Position numbers and translations under genes: made by a program. DNA of 32,000 nucleotides, taken from positions 5,557-37,556 of the forward strand of contig CAYFXO010000001.1 in the NCBI GenBank assembly GCA_964347125.1, in the 5' to 3' direction. Positions within the stretch are counted from its first letter, which is position 1. Each line of letters begins with the position of its first letter. A model generated the notes under the pieces. It saw nothing but the letters and a program-made list of their open reading frames with translations. It was not told where the DNA came from and did no database searches. Source of the DNA: an uncultured Methanomassiliicoccales archaeon. Lineage in GTDB: Archaea; Thermoplasmatota; Thermoplasmata; RBG-16-68-12; CAYFXO01. Below are positions 26,401 through 32,000 of this stretch, piece after piece.

Positions 26401-29400
26401 GCCTTCATGGGCGCCCTGGACCTGGACCAGGGCCACGGCACCCTCGTCGCGTCGAGCCTCGTGGGGCGCGGCCAGTCCACCTACTTCGACGAGGGGACCA
26501 TGGACGTCCCCACGGTGGGCCACGTCATCGGGTTCGCCCCTGACGCCCTCCTCGTGCCCGTGGCGAACGTCTACGCCACGAACTTCTACGACGGCTGGTA
26601 CTTCTCGGTGGAGGGCTACGACGGCACCCCGAACACGGGGGACGAGGCCCACATCATCTCGAACTCCTTCGGCTTCTCCGGGACCTACCACGACGGGTGG
26701 GACTTCAACGCCCGGTTCCTGGACTACCTGGTGAACGACCACGCGGACGGGAACGTGACGATCACGGTGTCCTCGGGGAACTCCGGGTGGGGGTACGGGA
26801 CGGTGTCCACCCCCGCGGCGTCCCCCGCGGTCATCACCGTCGGCGCGGCCACGGACTTCTTCTACCGCCACCTCTCGGGGCTGGAACGGGGCCTCAACCC
26901 GACGTTCGGGGAGGTCACCCCGGAGTCCTCCCGCGGGCCCACGGCCCAGGGGATGCCGGACCCGGACGTGGTGGCGAACGGCCGCATGGCCTTCGGGTCT
27001 GTCGCCCTGAACCAGGTGGACTACCGCCCCTACAACGGCTACGAGGCCACGAACCTCTGGGCGGGGACGTCCCTGGCCTCGCCGGGGGCTGCGGGGATGC
27101 TCGCCCTGGCCTTCCAGGCGTACAAGGAGGCCAACGGGGCGTTCCCCAACGCGAGCGTCGCCAGGAGCCTCCTCATGAGCGGGGCGGACAATCTGAAGTA
27201 CGACCCGCTGGTCCAGGGGGCGGGGCGGGTGAACGCCCTCCGCACCGCGCAGTTGGCGGCCGGGCAGGACGGCTTCCTCGTGGCGCCGAACCTGTGGAAC
27301 CCCGGGGACTACCAGGGCACCCGGTACGAGTCGTTCGCCCACCTCATGGACCCGGGGGACAGCGCCCAGGAGACCTTCACCGTCACGAACGTCGCCCCGG
27401 CGCCGGACACCCTCACCCTCACGGACGCGGTCTTCCAGAAGACCTCCGAGGTGAACTTCACCTTCCAGACCCAGACGGACCTCCCCAACGACCCCGCCCA
27501 CTGGTTCCTCATCCTCCACGGCCTCCCCCTGGCCCTGACGGGGACGGGGGTGTACGACAAGAATTACCAGAAGGTCGCGGCCATCGACGAGGGTGAGTGG
27601 CTGAACGCGGACCTCCTGCGGATCAGCTACCGGGTTCCCATCGGCGACCTGGATCCCGACGGCGACGGGAACACGAACTACTCCTACTTCCTCGAGGTCA
27701 TGGACTGGTCCGAGGACGACTGGACGATGTTCCCGCCGGAGCCGAACACGGGGGCCTTCAGCGACCTGAACCGCCGCCTCATCGTGTTCCCCGACGCGAA
27801 CGTGTGGGAGGGGCGCATCCACGACCCCGCGGGGCGGACCCACGACGGGTTGGCGATGGGCGTCCGGGCGGGCATCCAGCCGGGGAAGCCCGGGGCCGCG
27901 GGGATCAACTTCCTGGTGACCCTGGAGTTCTACCAGAAGGCGGACTGGAACTGGCTGAGCCTCAGCACGGGCTCTCTGTCCCTGGCGGGCGGGGAGACGC
28001 AGACCTTCACCTCGACGGTGGACGTCCCCGCGGGGACCCCCATCGGCGGCTACGAGGGGGCCATCTACATCCAGGGCGACCCCGCCACCGCCTCCGCCAC
28101 TCGGTCGATCCAGGTGCCCTTCTTCGCCAGCTGGGTGTCCGCGGACCACCAGGACATCTCCGCCCTCACGGTCCTCAGGAACGGCGTCCCCCAGACGGCG
28201 GGGGTGGACTACCTGGAGTACCTGGCCGCCGGGATGGTCAACTTCACCGCCCCGCTGAACCCCGGCGACGTGGTGCAGATGGACTACACCTACGCGAACA
28301 CCACGACGATTCCCGTGGTGATCAACGTCCCCTCGAACCAAGTGGAGTTCGGCTTCGGGCAGGACGCGCCGGGGCAGGACGACCTGTTCCGGAACCGCGT
28401 CGTGGGGGGCTTCGGGCAGGGCACCCAATCCGGGGACTGGCGGTTCTACTTCGTGGACGTCCCCGACCAAGGGCAGTTCTCCATCGAGAGCGGCTCGAAG
28501 TTCTTCCTGGACCTCCAGTGGGACCTGGACATGACGGACATCAACGGGTACGCGTTCGGGCCGGGGGCGGTGCCCATCGCCGCGGGCCTCACCGCGGGGG
28601 CGTTCCCCCAGAGCCGGTACGGGCCCTACCTGCTGTACACGACCAACGGCGGCTCCGAGGAGACGGCCACGTTCTTCACGACCACGGGCGGGCCGGAGGA
28701 GATCGTGGCCCCGGGCCTCGTGGGGGGCCTGAACGTCCTGGCGATCCAGAACGTCCTGATGAACGGGACCTACGCGTCGGAGGCCGTCTCCGGGCAGGTG
28801 GGGAGCATGCGCGTGAACCCGCCGGAGATCAAGGTGGTGACGAACGAGCTCTCCGGGTCCCGGGATGTCCTCCTGTACTCCAGCGTGCCGTGGCCCGGCA
28901 TCGGGAGCGTCTCCGCGGGGCCGTCCGCCCCGGAGGAGTTCCTCGACGTCCCCATCCAGCAGGACGTCATCGAGGGCGGCACCTTCATCGACCTCCTCGT
29001 GGGCGGCTCCTACACGAAGGTCGTCAACGTGGAGCCCAGCGCCCTCATCTTCGACGTCCACATCACCTCGAACCCCGGGGACCCGCCGGAGGGGACGGCG
29101 GAGCCCTGCGACGACCTGGACCTGGCCCTGTTCCTCGACGGGAAAGGGCCGGACAACGTGCCGGACGGCGCGGCCCAGGTGGAGGAGTTCGTCGTCTACG
29201 ACGCGGACGCCGACGCGGACGAGCACATCCGCCTCATCAAGCCGACGGTGCAGGACGACCCGGACACGCCCGAGGTCAACGAGGGCGTCGTCGGGGCGCC
29301 GTACATCATCAAGGTCCTCGGGTTCACGTGCCCCAAGGGCTTCGGGACCTTCAACATGGACCTCACCCTGGTGCAGGGGGAGGGCTTCACGGTGGCGGGG

Positions 29401-31755
29401 ACGACCGCCGCCCTCATCCCCGCGTGGAACGTGAGCACCGTCACCCTGCAGTGGAACCTGGACGGGAGCACCCCCGACGGGGAGCTCCTGGGGGCGCTCT
29501 ACGTGGGCCCGGAGAAGGCCCCCCTCACCCTCCTGATCCCCGTGGAGCTGGCCGTCGACCGGGTCGCGCCGGTGATCGAGGGCTTCAGCCTGAACACCGC
29601 CCCGGGCCTCCAGATCGAGAACGCGACGCAGCTGCGGACGAACGATCCCATGCCCCGGGTGGCCATCTCGTTCAGCGACGCGGAGCGCGGCGAGCTTTCG
29701 TACGACTCCGTCCGGCTGTGGCTGGACGGCCAGGACATGACCCCCCAGGCGGAGGTCGTCATCCCGTTCGGCCTGAACGCGGAGGAGAAGCTCGGGTACT
29801 GGCAGGGGGCGGTGACCTTCGGCGTGCCCGCGCCCCTCCCGGACGGCCCCCACTTCCTCACGGTCGCCGTGGGGGACGAGGGGGGGAACGTCGCGTCCCA
29901 GAGCTTCGTCGTCGTCATCGACACCCAGTCCCCGCCCCTGACCCTGGACGACCCGGACGTGAGCTTCACGAACCAGGGGACCCACGCCATCACGGGTGCG
30001 TCGCGGCCCGGAAGCACCGTGGAGATCCCCGGCGGGACCGTGGAGATGGAGGCGGACGGGACCTTCCGGGCGACGGTCACCCTGGCGGAGGGCGCGAACG
30101 TGTTCGAGGTGCGGTCCGTCCCGTGGTACTCCGTGGACGGGTCGGGGAACCCCGTGCCTGCCAACGTGGCCACGGTGGAGAAGACCATCGTCTACGACGC
30201 CCTCGCGCCGGCCTTCGACCAGGCCCTCATCCAGGGGCCGAACCCCACCCGCACGGCGACCGCCCCGGTGACGGGGCGGGTGTCGGACCTCATCGCGGCG
30301 GGGACGCCGTGGGACCCGACGACGCTGGCGGTGACGGTGGCCGGTCGCGCGGTGGCCGTGAACGCGGACGGCTCATTCGAGACCCTCGTGCCGCTGGTGG
30401 AAGGACCGAACGTCATCCCGTTGACGGCGACGGACCTCGCGGGGAACACCGCGTCGGTGAACCGGACCGTGATCCTGGACACCTTGGCGCCGAGCCTTTC
30501 GCTGGAGGCTGTGCCGGAGACGACGAATCGGAGGACCCTCACGATCGAAGGGCAGACGGAGCTGTCGGCGGTCCTCACCCTGAACGGCGGGCTCGTGGTG
30601 ACGGCGGCGGGCGCCTTCACCGTGGACGTGGAGCTCAGCCGGGGGGCGAACGTCCTGGTGGTCGCGGCGGAGGACGTGGCGGGGAACCGGGTGGAGCGCC
30701 GCCTCGTCGTGGAGTACCGCCCGGAGGCGGGGCCGGACCTCCTGCTGTGGGTGCTCGCGCCGCTGCTCCTTGTGGTCGGGCTGCTCCTGGGATTCTTCGT
30801 GGGGCCGCGGGTCCTCGGGCCGCGGGGCCCTGAGGAGGAGGAACCGGAGGAGGCGGAGCCCGAGGAACTCCCGGAGGAGGACGAGCGGATCGCGCGGCTG
30901 CGGGAGGCCTACGAGTCCGGGAGGATCACCGAGGAGGTGTACGAGGAGAACCTGGCCCGCCTCGCGGGGGAAGCCCCGGAGGAAGAAGCTCCGGCGGAAG
31001 AGGAGGAGATCCCGCCCGAAGAGGAGGAGGAGGAACCTCCGGAAGAGGACCAGCGCCCGCCCGAAGAGGAAGAGGCGATCGCGCCGGAGGAAGAGGAGAT
31101 TCCCGAAGAGGCGGTCCCGGCCGAGGAGGACCCCTTGGCCCGGCTGGAGGCCGCCTTCGCCGCCGGCAGGATTTCGCGGGAGGTCTACGAGCAGAACCGG
31201 GCACGGCTGACGGGGGCCCCTCCCGCGGAGGAGGAAGCGGCCGAGGAGGAACTCGAGGAGCCTCCCGAGGAAGTGGAGGAGCCCCTCGCAACGGAGGACC
31301 AAGTCACCCGGCTCCAAAGGGCCTTCGAGGCGGGGAGGATCTCCGAGGCGGTGTACCGCGAGAACCTCGCCCGCATCGGCGTCGAGGCCCCGGAGGAGCC
31401 CGAGGAAGAGGCCGTGGAACCCGAAGAGGAGGTCCCGGAAGAGGACGAGCGAGTGCTCCGGGTTCAGCGGGCCTACGAGGCGGGCAAGATCTCCCGGGAC
31501 GTGTACGAGAAGAACCTGGCCTTGATGGGCTTCGAGGTCCCCGAGGAGGCGGTCGACCTGGGGCCGCTGACGCGGCTTGCCGAGGCGTTCGCGGCGGGTC
31601 GGGTCTCGGGGGACCTGTTCACCCAGAACCTGGGCCGCCTGGAGCTCCCTGACGCGGAGTTGCCCAACAAAGTCGAGAGGCTCTCCGCGGCGTACGAGGC
31701 GGGGAAGATCTCCGAGACGGTGTTCCGCGAGAACGTGAAGCGGCTCCTCAAGTAG
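23419..31755 (+). CDS. Giant membrane-anchored subtilisin-like (S8) serine protease with embedded WD40 propeller, Ig-like repeats, TM helix and SHOCT-like repeat tail (~2778 aa)
   Basis: Catalytic Asp '[15 protein letters not shown]', His '[14 protein letters not shown]', Ser '[15 protein letters not shown]'; WD40 units '[26 protein letters not shown]...'; TM '[22 protein letters not shown]'. TTG start at 23419 preceded by ggaggag; the ORF track starts at 23395. Confidence 0.93.
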   Translation: MSPRIHSRLLSVLVVVTLSSSAFAFFPAATGDVTDGVDVAPADDSLGPAAPTTEDPQTIAGLYKLEAGLRSHLDSKETVRVLIATYDVGALGVALGAGAVDAADLGAKAPGLAVPMVDLQGVRLKEIAALDSTVAIMEWRPPERQVVETVDTFSKKGVRPSNLNSTLNHLAPQAWAAGWTGDGVRISVMDDGVDFAHPDLMGTMARFNWTNLPANIQAAKPHLRHYDNWPMAFDPFSMSSFMMNNGEAEGTWYGNTTSTDRNVTHTIRIDGRNDFWDDGSELVATDLRGDINVGQPSHLGNDFDLVSLYATQDADWWYFGFDTFTNQSDVAFGLYIDTDNVTGSGGDVDPRAGSLITAVPEHRPEFVVYIDHLGGQPPGQYDRNDTVENGTVYTWLGSAWDAGVNITEFPINGQISYSAWDFEDEEAFLEFSLPKAFLGDPQQLAVELFTAGVNASHALDTAYSDPNVNFPAPDWTPTPTQLSAFTYVGRGFWIHTYVRSDDTVAGKPNVQMSWPLEYQVTGTSKSGGYYFGDHPDDNYPLTRILVVDEAVAGVYDTVYVDLDHNRDFTNDKPLKKYGKYCADKQWRPADDPVACPVYDETSWLDFFDPASGVTSIDYAPNGTWIATGSNDHRILLWDAASGAQVNEFHAHRGRVTSVAWDLAGLRLAAGYADASGRGQHAVVVWNWDGTVAATFTESDGGHTAGVTAVAWDPVGANNRLVSASMDGTAKVWNVGTGLVATLTGHTAAVGTADWGANGIATGSDDGTVRLWDASWTEADSVAHGTPLNAIAFSPNGTWLAYGDRAGLLSVWDVVLDAWSTWSIPEHQTLPITSVSWSPVASQLLTTSTWDEETNNFVLARWTVNNYNDFFVTGSKTGQAAHEASVFSGTWSTDGLSVVSGGEEARARRWTSATLSLEGDYKGHALGSTDYTWYLTGDGVPDVSGGIIYFIAQNEWDFGSGTLEQVPIPYSDVWIARQPAVLDLQNIIPANGTVVAFMGALDLDQGHGTLVASSLVGRGQSTYFDEGTMDVPTVGHVIGFAPDALLVPVANVYATNFYDGWYFSVEGYDGTPNTGDEAHIISNSFGFSGTYHDGWDFNARFLDYLVNDHADGNVTITVSSGNSGWGYGTVSTPAASPAVITVGAATDFFYRHLSGLERGLNPTFGEVTPESSRGPTAQGMPDPDVVANGRMAFGSVALNQVDYRPYNGYEATNLWAGTSLASPGAAGMLALAFQAYKEANGAFPNASVARSLLMSGADNLKYDPLVQGAGRVNALRTAQLAAGQDGFLVAPNLWNPGDYQGTRYESFAHLMDPGDSAQETFTVTNVAPAPDTLTLTDAVFQKTSEVNFTFQTQTDLPNDPAHWFLILHGLPLALTGTGVYDKNYQKVAAIDEGEWLNADLLRISYRVPIGDLDPDGDGNTNYSYFLEVMDWSEDDWTMFPPEPNTGAFSDLNRRLIVFPDANVWEGRIHDPAGRTHDGLAMGVRAGIQPGKPGAAGINFLVTLEFYQKADWNWLSLSTGSLSLAGGETQTFTSTVDVPAGTPIGGYEGAIYIQGDPATASATRSIQVPFFASWVSADHQDISALTVLRNGVPQTAGVDYLEYLAAGMVNFTAPLNPGDVVQMDYTYANTTTIPVVINVPSNQVEFGFGQDAPGQDDLFRNRVVGGFGQGTQSGDWRFYFVDVPDQGQFSIESGSKFFLDLQWDLDMTDINGYAFGPGAVPIAAGLTAGAFPQSRYGPYLLYTTNGGSEETATFFTTTGGPEEIVAPGLVGGLNVLAIQNVLMNGTYASEAVSGQVGSMRVNPPEIKVVTNELSGSRDVLLYSSVPWPGIGSVSAGPSAPEEFLDVPIQQDVIEGGTFIDLLVGGSYTKVVNVEPSALIFDVHITSNPGDPPEGTAEPCDDLDLALFLDGKGPDNVPDGAAQVEEFVVYDADADADEHIRLIKPTVQDDPDTPEVNEGVVGAPYIIKVLGFTCPKGFGTFNMDLTLVQGEGFTVAGTTAALIPAWNVSTVTLQWNLDGSTPDGELLGALYVGPEKAPLTLLIPVELAVDRVAPVIEGFSLNTAPGLQIENATQLRTNDPMPRVAISFSDAERGELSYDSVRLWLDGQDMTPQAEVVIPFGLNAEEKLGYWQGAVTFGVPAPLPDGPHFLTVAVGDEGGNVASQSFVVVIDTQSPPLTLDDPDVSFTNQGTHAITGASRPGSTVEIPGGTVEMEADGTFRATVTLAEGANVFEVRSVPWYSVDGSGNPVPANVATVEKTIVYDALAPAFDQALIQGPNPTRTATAPVTGRVSDLIAAGTPWDPTTLAVTVAGRAVAVNADGSFETLVPLVEGPNVIPLTATDLAGNTASVNRTVILDTLAPSLSLEAVPETTNRRTLTIEGQTELSAVLTLNGGLVVTAAGAFTVDVELSRGANVLVVAAEDVAGNRVERRLVVEYRPEAGPDLLLWVLAPLLLVVGLLLGFFVGPRVLGPRGPEEEEPEEAEPEELPEEDERIARLREAYESGRITEEVYEENLARLAGEAPEEEAPAEEEEIPPEEEEEEPPEEDQRPPEEEEAIAPEEEEIPEEAVPAEEDPLARLEAAFAAGRISREVYEQNRARLTGAPPAEEEAAEEELEEPPEEVEEPLATEDQVTRLQRAFEAGRISEAVYRENLARIGVEAPEEPEEEAVEPEEEVPEEDERVLRVQRAYEAGKISRDVYEKNLALMGFEVPEEAVDLGPLTRLAEAFAAGRVSGDLFTQNLGRLELPDAELPNKVERLSAAYEAGKISETVFRENVKRLLK
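30880..31752 (+). repeat. Six SHOCT-like ~26-aa repeats separated by Glu/Pro-rich linkers (coding repeat)
   Basis: [27 protein letters not shown]; [27 protein letters not shown]; [27 protein letters not shown]; [27 protein letters not shown]; [27 protein letters not shown]; [27 protein letters not shown]. Confidence 0.9.
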
Positions 31756-31819
31756 CCTCGCTCGCCAGGGCATCGAAGCCCCTCGGCCCTGGCCGACCCT
31801 CCAGGGCGGCACCGAAGCG

Positions 31820-31828
31820 TTATATAAC
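31820..31828 (+). promoter_or_regulatory. Putative TATA box for cysS
   Basis: 'ttatataac' ~40 nt upstream of the cysS ATG. Confidence 0.6.
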
Positions 31829-31867
31829 GGCCCCCGCGTAGTTCGCCCACCCTCCCGGAGACCCTCC

Positions 31868-32000
31868 ATGGCGCTGCGCCTGTACAACACGAAATCACGG
31901 GAGCTCGAGGCTTTCGAACCGCTGGACCCGCCGGAGGTGCGGATGTATGTTTGCGGGCCCACGGTCTACGACTACGCCCACGTGGGCCACGCCCGGTCCT
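31868..32000 (+). CDS. cysS: Cysteinyl-tRNA synthetase, N-terminal part (continues beyond right edge)
   Basis: [44 protein letters not shown]: canonical CysRS N-terminus with HVGHA. Confidence 0.96.
   Translation, partial: MALRLYNTKSRELEAFEPLDPPEVRMYVCGPTVYDYAHVGHARS

Noticed and set aside
25411-29985. 1524-aa antisense ORF opposite the subtilase gene
   Set aside because: Stop-poor antisense frame caused by high GC3 of the real coding strand; low-complexity composition rich in V/G/R/E/L/H/D with no domains.
30840-31460. GAGGAGGAA-rich stretches as a DNA-level simple repeat/mobile element
   Set aside because: Explained by in-frame Glu/Pro-rich linkers between the SHOCT-like repeats of the subtilase.
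1-32000. CRISPR arrays, IS/transposase genes, rRNA or phage genes
   Set aside because: No regularly spaced repeats, transposase motifs, rRNA-like conserved segments or capsid/terminase-like ORFs were seen.

Overview
This is a high-GC archaeal chromosome segment, most likely Thermoplasmatota (inference from aRF1, archaeal-type ArgS, a ThiD-ThiN fusion, archaeal UMP kinase and TATA-like promoters). Most of it is housekeeping: FKBP isomerase, a glycan/lipid locus, thiD-thiN, pyrH, thpR, prf1 (aRF1), argS, tRNA-Ala(CGC) and the start of cysS. There are also two large membrane-anchored surface proteins. The main discovery is a compact minus-strand operon (about 20134 down to 17667) that reads as a complete minimal UFM1-type ubiquitin-like conjugation system. 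It encodes (1) an 81-aa UFM1-like modifier ending in ...IVG with its terminal Gly already exposed, (2) a UFC1-like E2 with Cys in 'RICDMH', (3) a UBA5-like E1 with 'GLCHFTSLPTTM' and two CxxC Zn knuckles, and (4) a JAMM/MPN-type metalloprotease-like protein with atypical motif spacing. The genes overlap or are separated by only 4 nt. UFMylation is classically regarded as eukaryotic. Other notable features are a glycosyltransferase split by a 73-bp insert that resembles a degraded copy of the homologous segment of another GT4 gene, a ~2780-aa subtilase with a WD40 propeller between its catalytic Asp and His and six SHOCT-like repeats in its C-terminal tail, and a beta-repeat module shared by the two surface proteins.
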